This document shows positions 8,618-20,305 of a stretch of 64,000 nt of DNA, piece after piece. Source of the stretch: Polyangiaceae bacterium (GTDB lineage Bacteria > Myxococcota_A > Polyangia > Polyangiales > Polyangiaceae); assembly GCA_965222375.1 (NCBI GenBank), contig CBDCTZ010000009.1, forward strand, positions 320,001 to 384,000. The letters run 5' to 3'. A program made the position numbers and the translations under genes. The notes under the pieces were generated by a model, which made no database searches, was not told where the DNA came from, and saw nothing but the letters and a program-made list of their open reading frames with translations. Position 1 is the stretch's first letter; the number at the start of each line of letters is the position of its first letter.

Positions 8618-10096
8618 ATGAAGGTCAAAACAGTTGGGCTCCTTTCCCTATGCGGCATGCTGCTTTCGAGCGTGACGGTTTGGTCCCTGACCAAAGATCG
8701 CGCGCTCGCGGAGCCCGAGCTGGGCTCGGCGCCCCTCGAGATCACTGCGCCGACGCCCCAGAGCGTCGGTGCGACCTTCACCGCCGGGCGCACCATCATG
8801 CTCGAAGGCCGGTTGGGCCACGACACGCTGCAGTCCGAAAAGGTCGGGGAGACCTTGTTGCTGCTCACCGCCACCGCGGACAAAGGCGCGGCGACCAAGG
8901 CGGCGTCGCCTCTGAACCTCTCGATCGTGATCGATCGCTCCGGCTCCATGAAGGGCCGCCGCCTCGCCAACGCTCTGGATGCCGCACGCGGCATGGTGGG
9001 ACGGTTGCGAGACGGGGATGCGGTCAGCGTGGTGACCTACAACACCACCACGGAGGCCATCGTCCCTTCGACGACCATCGACTCCTTCTCTCGAAGTCGC
9101 GTGTTGAGGTCCCTGTCCAATATTCGGGCCAGCGGAGATACATGTATCTCCTGCGGCATCGACGCGGGCATGGAGCAACTGCGGCGCCGCGGCGGCATGG
9201 TGGATCGCGTGCTGCTGCTCAGCGACGGTGAGGCCACCGCCGGCGTGCGCAACGTAGAAGGCTTCCGCCGCATCGGCTCTCGGGTGCGCAACATGGGCGC
9301 CAGCATCTCCGCCATTGGTGTGGACGTGGAATACAACGAGCGCGTCATGAGCGCCTTGGCTCTCGAGTCGAACGGGCGTCACCACTTCGTCGAAAACGCA
9401 GCGAAGTTGCCGGAGGTCTTCGACGCGGAGCTCAAGACTCTGGTGAACACCGTCGCAAAGGACACGGAAGTGGCCGTGCAGCTGGCGCCCGGGGTGACTG
9501 TGGCCCGGGTATTCGACCGAACCTTCCGCCAGGAGGGTGATCGTTTGATCGTGCCCTTCGGGACTTTCTCGGCGGGGGAAGAGAAGACCTTGTTGGTCAA
9601 GCTCGCCGTGGCGAAAGGTGCCGCTGGCAAGCGTCCCATCGCGGATGTGAAAATGACCTACGCTGATTTCGCTCAGGGCGGCAAAGGCACTTGCGTCGGC
9701 AAACTCGCCCTTGCTCTGACCGACGACCCCAGCCTGCTCGGCGGCCTCGATCCGGTCGTGCAAACCCGTCTGGTTCGCAGCGAGACAGCCCATGCCCTCA
9801 AGGAAGCGAACCGACTGTTCACTTCGGGCCGTACCGCGGAGGCGCGCAACAAGCTGCGCAACTCCCTCGATCAGGTCAATCGACAAAGAGAAGCCGCCCT
9901 TGCCCGCGCACCGAAGCCAAAGCGCGCTCGGCTGAAGGCAGATTTCGCGGATCAATCCGTGGCCCTTGGTGAAGCTTCGGAAGGATTCGCAGAAGCGCCC
10001 GCAGCGCAACCTGGCGCTGGTGCGCCTGCCGCAGCTCCCAGTCCGGCCGCACAGGTTCGGCGCAACGCATCGACCGCTGACGACTTCGCTTTCTAG
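8618..10096 (+). CDS. Secreted or membrane-anchored vWA domain protein (YfbK-like)
   Basis: N-terminal hydrophobic segment; PLNLSIVIDRSGSM MIDAS motif and LLSDG. Start placed at ATG 8618 after AAGGGA. Confidence 0.88.
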   Translation: MKVKTVGLLSLCGMLLSSVTVWSLTKDRALAEPELGSAPLEITAPTPQSVGATFTAGRTIMLEGRLGHDTLQSEKVGETLLLLTATADKGAATKAASPLNLSIVIDRSGSMKGRRLANALDAARGMVGRLRDGDAVSVVTYNTTTEAIVPSTTIDSFSRSRVLRSLSNIRASGDTCISCGIDAGMEQLRRRGGMVDRVLLLSDGEATAGVRNVEGFRRIGSRVRNMGASISAIGVDVEYNERVMSALALESNGRHHFVENAAKLPEVFDAELKTLVNTVAKDTEVAVQLAPGVTVARVFDRTFRQEGDRLIVPFGTFSAGEEKTLLVKLAVAKGAAGKRPIADVKMTYADFAQGGKGTCVGKLALALTDDPSLLGGLDPVVQTRLVRSETAHALKEANRLFTSGRTAEARNKLRNSLDQVNRQREAALARAPKPKRARLKADFADQSVALGEASEGFAEAPAAQPGAGAPAAAPSPAAQVRRNASTADDFAF

Positions 10097-10260
10097 CTTG
10101 GACTAACGCGGCATGCTGCCGCTTGCGAACGCGCCTGGCGCGTGAGACCGTTCAAAATCACCGACCCTGAGGGAGCTACCCCCTTCCGCCCAAGCCTGGG
10201 CGCGACGGCGGGCGCATGCCGAGCTGTTCGGTACCTAGGAAATCGAAACCGGAGCAAGTC

Positions 10261-13200
10261 GTGAACGAAGCCAAGAAGACGCTCGATCTCAAGAAGCTCG
10301 TGACGCGGGGGGTGCTGGCGCTCATGGCACTCGGCGTGGTTGTTGCCGTGATTGCCTACGTTGCAACCCGGAAACCACCGCCGGTCAAAGCATTGGCCAT
10401 CCAAGCGCGCCTGGAACTCGCTGCGGGTGAAGTCAGCGTGGACATGGGGGAGGGCCCTGCCCGTGCCGTGAGCGGCACGCCGCTCATGGACAATGCGCGG
10501 ATTGCCACCGCCGACGGAGCCCGCGCACTCGTACGGCTGCCAGATGGTTCGGCGTTGTTTATCCGAGCCGGGAGTGCCCTGAGCTTGGGCGCGGATTCCG
10601 TGAGCTTGGACAAAGGCGAGTACTTCGTGGATGCGCCCCCGACGGAACGAAAGCCAACGAGTCACGCCGTTGGGGAAGCGGTGGTCACCGCAGCGGAGGC
10701 CGGTTTCGATGTGCGTCGGGATGGCGACAGCGTAGTCGTCTACGTTGCGCGAGGCACGGCGACGGTCACGGGCAGGGGCGGACGCGCAGAAGTGAAGGCG
10801 GGTGAGCAAGCCACGATCAAGGGCGCCGACAAACCCGCTGTGTCGCCAGTGGCGTTCTGGGACGACTGGACCGGCGGCATGGCGGACTTTGGCTCGGGTG
10901 CGCTGCTTGCCGGTACCGGTGCCGGCTCGATCTATGGAGTCGACGTCGGGGCTTCGCCGGGTTCTCCGGCGCGCCGCCTGGAGATCAGCAAACAGTCGGT
11001 TCGCGCCGTGTTGCGGGAAGGGCTCTCGGAAACGGAAGTCGACCAGACCTTTTTCAACCCCGGCGAGCGCGCCGTCGAGGGTTGGTACTGGTTTTCCGTG
11101 CCCGAGGGCGCCAGCGTCACTGGCTTTGCTCTGGAAACCAACGGAATCCTGGTCGAGGGGGAGTTCAACGAACGTCGGGAGGCTGCGGCGCAGTACACCA
11201 CCGCGAAGTCGAGCGGTCACGCCCCGGCAATTCTGGAGTGGATCGATAGTCGAACCTATCGAGCGCGGATCTATCCGGTGCCTGCCGGTGGCAATCGTCG
11301 CGTCGTTCTGCGCTACATCGAAATGCGTCCGCCGGTGGGGTCGAAGCTGTCCTACGAATACCCCATGGGCGCCGGCAAGCCCGTGCGCATCGGCGAGTTT
11401 TCGCTGTCCGTGGACTTGGGGGACGCGGGCACCAAGATGAAGATTGCCACCCTCGCGGACGCGCGGGTGGAAAACGGCGGACGCCGAGTCACCATGCGCC
11501 GCTCTGGGTATACGCCCCGAGCCGACTTCCAGCTCGAGGCGGACCTGCCGAAGAAGCGCCCGCCCATGACCGTGGCGCGGTTTTCGGCTGGGGGCGAGAG
11601 CGCCGACTACGTGCTGGCTCGATATGTTCCTGACGTCGATTGGAAGAGCGCCAAGCAGCAGCGCGGTGACGTGGTGGTCGTAGTCGATACCTCTGCGGCG
11701 GGCGATGAGGCCGCGCATCAATTGAAGACGGCCGCAGCAGAGTCGATCCTTCGTGCCCTATCCGGCGAAGATCGTTTCGCACTGGTTGCCTTGGATGTGC
11801 GGCCCACCGTGCTCTATCCCAAAGATGGCCTCGCCAAGGCTGGCGACAAGGAGATAGCGAAGGCGCTGGAATCTTTGGCAGATCACGCCGTCGGGGGCGC
11901 CACGGATCTCGCCGCTCTCTTCGATGTGGCCCTCGGCCGTTTGCACGGCGCGGAGCAGCCCGCGGTGGTCTACGTCGGGGATGGCATCGCGACCAGCGGC
12001 GAAATGAGCGGGGAGCAGCTGGTAGAGCGCCTGCGCCGAGCCATTGGTACCTCCCGGGCCCGCTTGTTCACGGTCGGGGTTGGCACTGATGCCCACTATT
12101 CGCTTCTGGGCGAGTTGGCCCGTGCGGGCGGCGGCACGAGTTTGCGCGTCGACGAAGCCGAGCAGACGACGGCCCGCGCCCTGGAACTGGCCGCTGCGGT
12201 CAAGACCCCCACGATCACGGATCTCGAGATCGATCTCGGGGCTGGCTTGGACGAGCCGTTCTCCTCGGCCGCGGGCAAGGTCAGTCGCGGTTCCGAAGTG
12301 GTGGTGCTCGCCCGCACCCACCACGACATTCCCCGCATGGTCAAGGTGCGGGGGCGCCTCGGTGGCGAGAAGTTCGAAAAGGAGTACGAGGTCAAACGCG
12401 ACAGCAGCATCTTGAGCAGCTTTGTACCGAGGCTGTGGGCGGCTGAGTACGTGAAGCGCTTGCTGGGTTCCGCATCAGGACCCGAGGCCGAGCGCGGACG
12501 CATCGTGTCCCTAGGCGTGGACTACGGGTTGATGACGCCCTTCACGAGCATCTTGGCGCTCGAGAGCGAGTCCGCGTACATGCGCATGGGGATCCCGCGC
12601 AAGCGCACCAAACTGCGCGGCGTGCGCCTCGGCGCGCTCACCAAGGACGCAGAGATGCGTTTGGCCTCCCGGCACGCGGGGATCCCCGCTGCCAGCTTGC
12701 CGTTGGGTTGCAGCACGCTCGAGCGCATGGCCGGGGATTCAGAGCCAGCTCCTGCGGAGAATGTCAAGGGCAAGGCCTACGGGGTACAGGCAGCTCCGGC
12801 GAGCCCTGCGCCGGTGACTGCTTCGCCAGGCTTTGCGGGTAAGGACGACGAGTCTCGAGAGGAGGCCATGCCCGCCACTCAGGAGCCTCAAGCCGCGGCG
12901 GCTCCAGCGGAGGATTCCGTCGCCGAAGCCGAAGCGGATCAAGCTCCGATGAAGGCTCAGGTGGCCAAGAAGCCAGCGACGGGCCGCACCTATGCGAGAC
13001 CCAAGTATAGGCCGCGACCCAAGCCTTCTCTGGGCCCTGGGGCCTCGGGCGGCAAGGGGACCTTCGATGCGCCCAAGCGTCTCAACCGGCCCGCAGAGAA
13101 GAAAGAAGGCAAGCGCGGAGGGTTGGATCTTGCGAAACTCTCGGAGGGATTCAAACACTCGGGTCAGGTGGCTGTGCTGCGCACCTGCAGCGACACCTCT

Positions 13201-14481
13201 GCTCGCCCCTTGGCTCAGCGCGTACTGCTCTGGCAGAAGCGCGTGAAGGCCGCCAAGGGCGCGGGCGAGCTGATCCGGCGCTATGACGCGGCACGGTCTG
13301 CCTGCGAGCTGAACGACTGGCGAGCGGAGCGGACCTTCCTGGAGCTGTTGCAGCGTCGCGTAGATAACGAGGGCTCCGCCACTGTCCTGCTGAGTCACTT
13401 CGCAGGTCGCCCGGACGTGCAAAAGCATCTCGCGAAACTGATCCTTCGCCGCGCCGTCGATGCGCGCTTGGTCGCGGCGGTGGAGCGAACGCTCTTTGGC
13501 AGCGCGGTGGATTGGGCTGCCGTGGATCGAGACTTGTCGGCAATCGAAGACGTTGACAAGCGGATCGAGAAGCTGCGAGAAGCCATGGCCAAGGCTCCGG
13601 AAGATCCCAACGGCGGCATGCGACTGGTGAAGCTGCTGGTCGAAGCCAATCGCAAAGACGAAGCCGTCGCCTTGGGGCGCCGGCTTCGTGACCAGGGGCT
13701 GCTGACCCCGGGGATCGCTCGGGGGCTCGGAGACGTTCTTGCGCGGTCCGGGCATGCCCAAGAAGCCGTGCGCACCTACTCTGAGATCGTGGAGTTCGAT
13801 CCCGAAGGCGTAGCGTCCCGCCGGCTACTGGGCGACATATATCTCGGTCACGAGTGGTACGAACCTGCCTATCGGCAGTATCGCACCATCACCGAACTCG
13901 ATGACAAGGACCCCTTGGGTTGGCTCCGACTGGCCGCCGCCGCTGCAGGCACTGGGCGCATCGACGAAGCGTTGCGCCTGGAGCGTAAGGTGGCCAGCGC
14001 CCAAGGCACGCCGGGTCCCAACGACCCCCGGCGCTGGGCCCGGCTTTGGAGCGCTTCGCGAATTGCACGACTGATGGCGCAGCCACCCAAGCCCGCCAAG
14101 GGGCAGCCCCCGGTGGACGCTGCACGGCGTAAAGCCAGCCTGAAACGCAAGCTGAAAGAACTCGGCCTGTTCAGTGGCCCGGGCCGCTTGGTCGTGCTCA
14201 CCTGGGAGGAGCTATCTCATCAGTTCGCGCTCAGTGCGACGGTCGAGGACAGCGCGCAGGGCCTTGGGGAATCGACGGATGCGGCCAAGGCCGGGCTCTA
14301 CGCCACGATGCTCACTCTCGCGGACGCCCAACGCGCGAGCTTCCGCGCAAACTTGCGCACGGAACCCGTGGACCACGATGTGTCGGTGATCCGCCACGAG
14401 ATCACTTGGAACGCCAAGGACTTCCAGGTCAAGGTGAAGAAGCTCAACTTGCCTGCGAAGACAAGGACCCTCGCGCTCTAG
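10261..14481 (+). CDS. TM-FecR-like-VIT-vWA-TPR multidomain protein
   Basis: N-terminal TM; FecR-like TADGARALVRLPDGS; VIT-like ETEVDQTFFNP...FSVPEGASVTGFAL; vWA with degenerate MIDAS (VVVDTSAAG, YVGDG); VPRLWAA/TPFTSILALE motifs; C-terminal TPR-like helices. GGAG precedes GTG 10261. Confidence 0.85.
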   Translation: MNEAKKTLDLKKLVTRGVLALMALGVVVAVIAYVATRKPPPVKALAIQARLELAAGEVSVDMGEGPARAVSGTPLMDNARIATADGARALVRLPDGSALFIRAGSALSLGADSVSLDKGEYFVDAPPTERKPTSHAVGEAVVTAAEAGFDVRRDGDSVVVYVARGTATVTGRGGRAEVKAGEQATIKGADKPAVSPVAFWDDWTGGMADFGSGALLAGTGAGSIYGVDVGASPGSPARRLEISKQSVRAVLREGLSETEVDQTFFNPGERAVEGWYWFSVPEGASVTGFALETNGILVEGEFNERREAAAQYTTAKSSGHAPAILEWIDSRTYRARIYPVPAGGNRRVVLRYIEMRPPVGSKLSYEYPMGAGKPVRIGEFSLSVDLGDAGTKMKIATLADARVENGGRRVTMRRSGYTPRADFQLEADLPKKRPPMTVARFSAGGESADYVLARYVPDVDWKSAKQQRGDVVVVVDTSAAGDEAAHQLKTAAAESILRALSGEDRFALVALDVRPTVLYPKDGLAKAGDKEIAKALESLADHAVGGATDLAALFDVALGRLHGAEQPAVVYVGDGIATSGEMSGEQLVERLRRAIGTSRARLFTVGVGTDAHYSLLGELARAGGGTSLRVDEAEQTTARALELAAAVKTPTITDLEIDLGAGLDEPFSSAAGKVSRGSEVVVLARTHHDIPRMVKVRGRLGGEKFEKEYEVKRDSSILSSFVPRLWAAEYVKRLLGSASGPEAERGRIVSLGVDYGLMTPFTSILALESESAYMRMGIPRKRTKLRGVRLGALTKDAEMRLASRHAGIPAASLPLGCSTLERMAGDSEPAPAENVKGKAYGVQAAPASPAPVTASPGFAGKDDESREEAMPATQEPQAAAAPAEDSVAEAEADQAPMKAQVAKKPATGRTYARPKYRPRPKPSLGPGASGGKGTFDAPKRLNRPAEKKEGKRGGLDLAKLSEGFKHSGQVAVLRTCSDTSARPLAQRVLLWQKRVKAAKGAGELIRRYDAARSACELNDWRAERTFLELLQRRVDNEGSATVLLSHFAGRPDVQKHLAKLILRRAVDARLVAAVERTLFGSAVDWAAVDRDLSAIEDVDKRIEKLREAMAKAPEDPNGGMRLVKLLVEANRKDEAVALGRRLRDQGLLTPGIARGLGDVLARSGHAQEAVRTYSEIVEFDPEGVASRRLLGDIYLGHEWYEPAYRQYRTITELDDKDPLGWLRLAAAAAGTGRIDEALRLERKVASAQGTPGPNDPRRWARLWSASRIARLMAQPPKPAKGQPPVDAARRKASLKRKLKELGLFSGPGRLVVLTWEELSHQFALSATVEDSAQGLGESTDAAKAGLYATMLTLADAQRASFRANLRTEPVDHDVSVIRHEITWNAKDFQVKVKKLNLPAKTRTLAL

Positions 14482-14497
14482 GCCAAGGGGGGTTGCA

Positions 14498-15160
14498 TCA
14501 GTTGGGCTGACAGGTGGAATAGCCCGGTGGCAGCTTGCTGTCGGGCTTGCAGCTATGGTTGTCGGGGCACTTGTCTCCGGGGTGGCAGACCTCGGCGGCG
14601 CTGAAAGTGATGCCGCTGCAGGTGTCGCGGCAAACGACCCGGTCATAGCTCGGGCCGACGATGCTGCGAATCGCGCAGCACTTCTTGCTGCCCTCGCAGT
14701 CCTCGGCGCCATCACAGGCGATCTTCAGCGTGTTGCAGCCAAACCCGCTGCAAGAGCAGGGATTACTCAGCTTATCGTTGGAGCAATACAAACCCTTGCT
14801 GGAGGAAAAACAGCACTGGGCGCCGCCCGAGAAGCTGCACAGCTGCGAGCCGCAAGGCCCAATGCCGACCTGATTCGGTCCACCGCCCGTGCCCGCGTCG
14901 GAGGGCGAGCCGCCGCTCCCTCCCGCGGCTCCACCACCGCTACCGGCCGCGCCACCCGTGATCTGCCCACCGGCGCCGCCGCTAGCGCCCCCTGCTGCGC
15001 CCCCGACGCCGCTGCCTGCTGAGCCCGCTGCACCAGTGTTGCCCGCCCTGCCACCGCTTGCCGGCGTGCCACCTGTCGAGCCGGTACCGAACAGCCCGTC
15101 CTCCGCGGAGCCACCACAGGCGGCGAGGGCCAGTCCGAAAAGCAATAGCTGAGCGCGCAT
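14498..15160 (-). CDS. Lipoprotein with Gly-rich linker and Cys-rich C-terminal domain
   Basis: Lipobox LALAAC, GGAAGG linker, many C-terminal Cys (CDGAEDC...CC). Confidence 0.8.
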   Translation of the reverse strand: MRAQLLLFGLALAACGGSAEDGLFGTGSTGGTPASGGRAGNTGAAGSAGSGVGGAAGGASGGAGGQITGGAAGSGGGAAGGSGGSPSDAGTGGGPNQVGIGPCGSQLCSFSGGAQCCFSSSKGLYCSNDKLSNPCSCSGFGCNTLKIACDGAEDCEGSKKCCAIRSIVGPSYDRVVCRDTCSGITFSAAEVCHPGDKCPDNHSCKPDSKLPPGYSTCQPN

Positions 15161-15275
15161 CCGACCACTCAATGGTGCTGCTATTGCAGCAGCCGTGCAA
15201 GCGTAGAGGGCGTTCGGCTGACTCGATGTCGGCTCGATGTTAGCTTGCGCCGGTGGTCCTAGGAGCAGCTAGTGC

Positions 15276-15782
15276 ATGAAACCAGGTGATCATCCCGAGT
15301 TCTTCCGCTTTCCGGCACCAGCGGGTCGCTCTCGGGAAAGCAGCATCGTGCTCGACGCCCTGGGTCGCTTCTGGCACGAGGGCGAGAAGATCGAGCACCG
15401 TGGGATGGCGCGCGCCTTCGCTTCCTGGATCCGTCTGCACCCTGACGACGGACGTTTCATCCTTAGCAACGGCTACGACTGGACCTACATCACGGTCGAA
15501 GATGTGCCCTATTTCGTGGACGCGGTTTCACATCGACCCAACGGCGAGGTGATGCTCCAGCTCTCGGACGGAAGCGAGGAAGCCATGGATCCCGCTTCTC
15601 TCAGTGTGGGCGCTGACAACGCGGCTTATGCTCGGGTCAAGGCGGGAACCTACGAAGCGCGATTCCGCCAGGAGGCCCAGAACGCCCTGATGCCGCTACT
15701 GGAGCCTGGCCCGGACGGCGCTCCGGTCATCCAGCTTGGAGGCAAGCAGTTCCCAATCAGGGATCGCGCTGCGACCGCCTAG
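15276..15782 (+). CDS. DUF1285-like protein
   Basis: Pattern IVLDALGRFWHEGEKI...ITVEDVPYFV resembles DUF1285; RBS AGGAG. Confidence 0.7.
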   Translation: MKPGDHPEFFRFPAPAGRSRESSIVLDALGRFWHEGEKIEHRGMARAFASWIRLHPDDGRFILSNGYDWTYITVEDVPYFVDAVSHRPNGEVMLQLSDGSEEAMDPASLSVGADNAAYARVKAGTYEARFRQEAQNALMPLLEPGPDGAPVIQLGGKQFPIRDRAATA

Positions 15783-15886
15783 GAGCCGCCCCAAGCGGCG
15801 CCCTTGGCCGAGATCCCCGGGAGTCTTGCTGGCGCCATCGGCGCCGCTCGTGTTTTGTCACTCAGGCGTGATACAAGGCCGCCTCG

Positions 15887-17098
15887 ATGAAGGTGCTGGT
15901 TGCGGATAGGTTGGCGGAGGCCAGCCTCAACGAGATGAGGACCCTGGGCGTGAACGTCGAGTACCGCCCGGACCTCGAAGCAGAAGCGTTGCCCGCAGCG
16001 CTCGCTGACGTGAACGTGTTGATCGTTCGAGGCACGCCTGTCGACGCAAAAGCGATGAGAGCGGGCAAGGCCCTCAACTTGATCATCCGCGCTGGCGCCG
16101 GCACCGGTACCATCGACGTCAAGACCGCGAGTGAGCGCGGCGTCTATGTCGCCAACTGCCCGGGTAAGAACGCGCTAGCTGTTGCCGAGTTGACGATGAC
16201 GTTGATCGGTTGCCTCGATCGGCGAGTGCCGGATGCCGTGACGAGCTTGCGCAGTGGCAAGTGGGAAAAAGAAGAGTTTGCCCAGGCTCAAGGACTACAA
16301 GGCCGAACCCTGGGCGTCGCCGGATTCGGCCACGTCGGCAAGGCGGTGGCGCGCATGGGTCTCGCCTACGACATGCGCGTCGCAGCTTGGAGTCGCTCCC
16401 TGACTCCGCATCGTGCGGCCGAGCACAATGTCGTGTGCGTGGGCAGCCTTCTGGATTTGGCTCGCAGAAGTGATGTGTTTTCCGTTCACTTGGAACTCAC
16501 CGAGCGGACCAAGGGCATGATCTCTAGAAAGATCATCGAAGCGCTTCCCGACGGTGCGTTCTTCGTCAACACGGCGAGGTCCGAGTTGGTGGACTGGGAA
16601 GCCCTCGAAGAGTTGGCGCCCAAGAAGAAGCTGCGAATCGGATTGGACGTGCTGCCCAAAGAGCCTGGCACCCGAATCGGTGTGTATGCCAACTCTCTCT
16701 TGGACAATGCGTTCGTCTACGCGACTCCGCACATCGGTGCCTCGACGGACGAAGGTCAGATCGCCATCGCGAACGAAACCGTCCGCATCCTGCGCGGTTT
16801 CATCGTGAAGGGAGACGTGCCGAACGTCATCAACATCAGCATGGCCACCAGTGCCCGCTACCAGCTGGTGGTGCGGCACCTCGATCGCGTCGGAGCTCTC
16901 GCCAACGTCCTGAATGTGCTGAAGCGCCACGGGATCAACCTGCAAGAGTTGGAAAACACCGTGTTCGAGGGCGGTCGGGCCGGGTGTGCGAAGATTCGCA
17001 CTGATACCCGGCCCAGCGAGGCGTGCCTCACCGAAATCATGGCGTTTTCCGACGAGATCCTGCACGTCGACCTGGTGACCCTGCCCAACCTGGCCTGA
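15887..17098 (+). CDS. serA: D-3-phosphoglycerate dehydrogenase-like D-2-hydroxyacid dehydrogenase with C-terminal ACT domain
   Basis: RAGAGTGTID, GFGHVG, NTAR, DVLPKEP, TPHIGAST; ACT motif HLDRVGALA. The gene symbol is tentative. Confidence 0.8.
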   Translation: MKVLVADRLAEASLNEMRTLGVNVEYRPDLEAEALPAALADVNVLIVRGTPVDAKAMRAGKALNLIIRAGAGTGTIDVKTASERGVYVANCPGKNALAVAELTMTLIGCLDRRVPDAVTSLRSGKWEKEEFAQAQGLQGRTLGVAGFGHVGKAVARMGLAYDMRVAAWSRSLTPHRAAEHNVVCVGSLLDLARRSDVFSVHLELTERTKGMISRKIIEALPDGAFFVNTARSELVDWEALEELAPKKKLRIGLDVLPKEPGTRIGVYANSLLDNAFVYATPHIGASTDEGQIAIANETVRILRGFIVKGDVPNVINISMATSARYQLVVRHLDRVGALANVLNVLKRHGINLQELENTVFEGGRAGCAKIRTDTRPSEACLTEIMAFSDEILHVDLVTLPNLA

Positions 17099-17220
17099 GG
17101 GGGCGCGTTGGGAGCGAAAGATCCGCCCCAAACCCCACCCGAGCCAAGGTCATAAATATCTGAATTTATTACAGAAATTGCAACAACAGCTGCCGGCTGC
17201 ACACACTCTCGTACCTAGCC

Positions 17221-17249
17221 TTGCGAAGGCCAGATCCTTTGGCTAAGCT
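17221..17249 (+). promoter_or_regulatory. Putative sigma70 promoter of the rimP-nusA-infB operon
   Basis: TTGCGA-17 bp-TAAGCT upstream of the leader hairpin. Confidence 0.55.
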
Positions 17250-17277
17250 CCGCGCCGACAACTTGGGTGGATCCCTT

Positions 17278-17309
17278 ACGGACCCCCGCTTACGGGTCCG
17301 TTTTTTTTT
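17278..17309 (+). terminator. Intrinsic terminator/attenuator hairpin in the rimP leader
   Basis: ACGGACCC-ccgcttac-GGGTCCGT perfect 8-bp stem followed by a T run, about 75 nt before rimP. Confidence 0.8.
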
Positions 17310-17384
17310 GCCTTCGGGCTTCCGTCCAAGCTGTAGCGCGCCCTAGGTGCGCTCGTCCCTCCGGGTAGGAGCGACACGGCACTC

Positions 17385-17960
17385 ATGCACGTTGCACACG
17401 AAAAACTCAAAGGCTTGGATCGAGATCGCGTCGCCGCGATCGTGGGTCCGGTACTGCGTGCGCACCACGTCGAGGGTGTCGAACTGATCTGGCGTACGGA
17501 TCAAGGTGGCTGGGTGCTCGAACTTACCGTTGAGCGTCCGGATTGTCGCGTCCCCGGCGAGGGGATCTCGATCGACCTATGCACGGACATCAGCAGAGAT
17601 CTCTCCGCTGCCTTCGATGCGGAGGACGTGATTCCGGCTCGCTATCGGCTGGAAGTTGGATCTCCGGGCCTCGATCGCGCGCTTTATTCCGCTCGGGACT
17701 ACGAGCGTTTCGCTGGGCAGCTGGCGAAGCTCAAATTGCGACAGCCCCTCGGCAGTTACGGGCGAGTGGTCCGGGGCACGCTGCACGGATTGGACGAAGG
17801 CGGGAACGTCCAACTGGAAACGGACACCGGGCTTTTAAGCGTTTCGCTGGAAGCCATTGAGAGCGGGCGGCTGGAATTTACGTTCAGCAAAGGCATGCCC
17901 AAAACGCACAAACCGAAGGGCGGTAAAGCCCGGAGGAAAACAGCCGGCCGGGGCAAGTGA
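17385..17960 (+). CDS. rimP: Ribosome maturation factor RimP
   Basis: YRLEVGSPGLDRAL motif; first gene of the nusA operon. Confidence 0.93.
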   Translation: MHVAHEKLKGLDRDRVAAIVGPVLRAHHVEGVELIWRTDQGGWVLELTVERPDCRVPGEGISIDLCTDISRDLSAAFDAEDVIPARYRLEVGSPGLDRALYSARDYERFAGQLAKLKLRQPLGSYGRVVRGTLHGLDEGGNVQLETDTGLLSVSLEAIESGRLEFTFSKGMPKTHKPKGGKARRKTAGRGK

Positions 17961-17986
17961 GTCCGGCCGTTACACGGAGCTAGAGC

Positions 17987-19666
<1,680 letters not shown>

Positions 19667-19669
19667 TCG

Positions 19670-20305
19670 ATGTTGGCCCGAGAATTCGAAAACCAGACAG
19701 CCCGCTCGCCGGAGCGGACGTGCGTCGGATGCCGAGAAGTGGCTGATCCGTCCGCGATGCTGCGTCTGGTGCTCGGGCCCGATGGCAGCGTGGTTCCGGA
19801 TTTGGCCCGCGGTGCATTTGGCCGTGGCGCCTGGGTGCACCCCCGCAGGGAATGCCTGGCGGGGGCCGCTAAACGTGGGCTTTCCAAGGCGTTTCGGACC
19901 GGCCTGCGCACCACCGAGGAGGAGTTGCATGCGAGCCTGATGGCGCAAGCCGAGCGGCGCGCCGGGTCCCTTCTGCTGTCGGCGAAGGGAGCGGGCAAGC
20001 TCTGTGTCGGAAAGACCGATGTGGACGAGGCGCTGGAGCAAGGGCGTGCACTGCTACTGGTGGTTGCGAGCGACGCGCGTGCCGCGACGGATTCGCGACT
20101 GGTTCAGAAGGCCATCGCTGACGGAAGCGCTCGGGTCTTCCTGAACAAAGAGGGTTTGGGGAAGTTGTTGGGAAAGAGTGAAGTCGGAGTCTTGGCGGTA
20201 GTCGACCAAGGGCTCAGTCGCGCTCTTTCCGAGACGTTGGAAGTAATGATGATTCCGAAGCCCGGGGCGCAGCAGGAGGCGCCCCGCGTCAAGGAGGACG
20301 GATGA
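19670..20305 (+). CDS. YlxR/RnpM (DUF448) fused to an L7Ae-like domain
   Basis: PERTCVGCR...GRGAWV followed by an L7Ae-like part (AGKLCVG...LGKLLGK); lies between nusA and infB. Confidence 0.85.
   Translation: MLAREFENQTARSPERTCVGCREVADPSAMLRLVLGPDGSVVPDLARGAFGRGAWVHPRRECLAGAAKRGLSKAFRTGLRTTEEELHASLMAQAERRAGSLLLSAKGAGKLCVGKTDVDEALEQGRALLLVVASDARAATDSRLVQKAIADGSARVFLNKEGLGKLLGKSEVGVLAVVDQGLSRALSETLEVMMIPKPGAQQEAPRVKEDG

Noticed and set aside
12655..12711. Internal lipoprotein start (MRLASRHAGIPAASLPLGC) inside the VIT-vWA gene
   Set aside because: The hydrophobic core is too weak and no clear RBS is present; probably chance.
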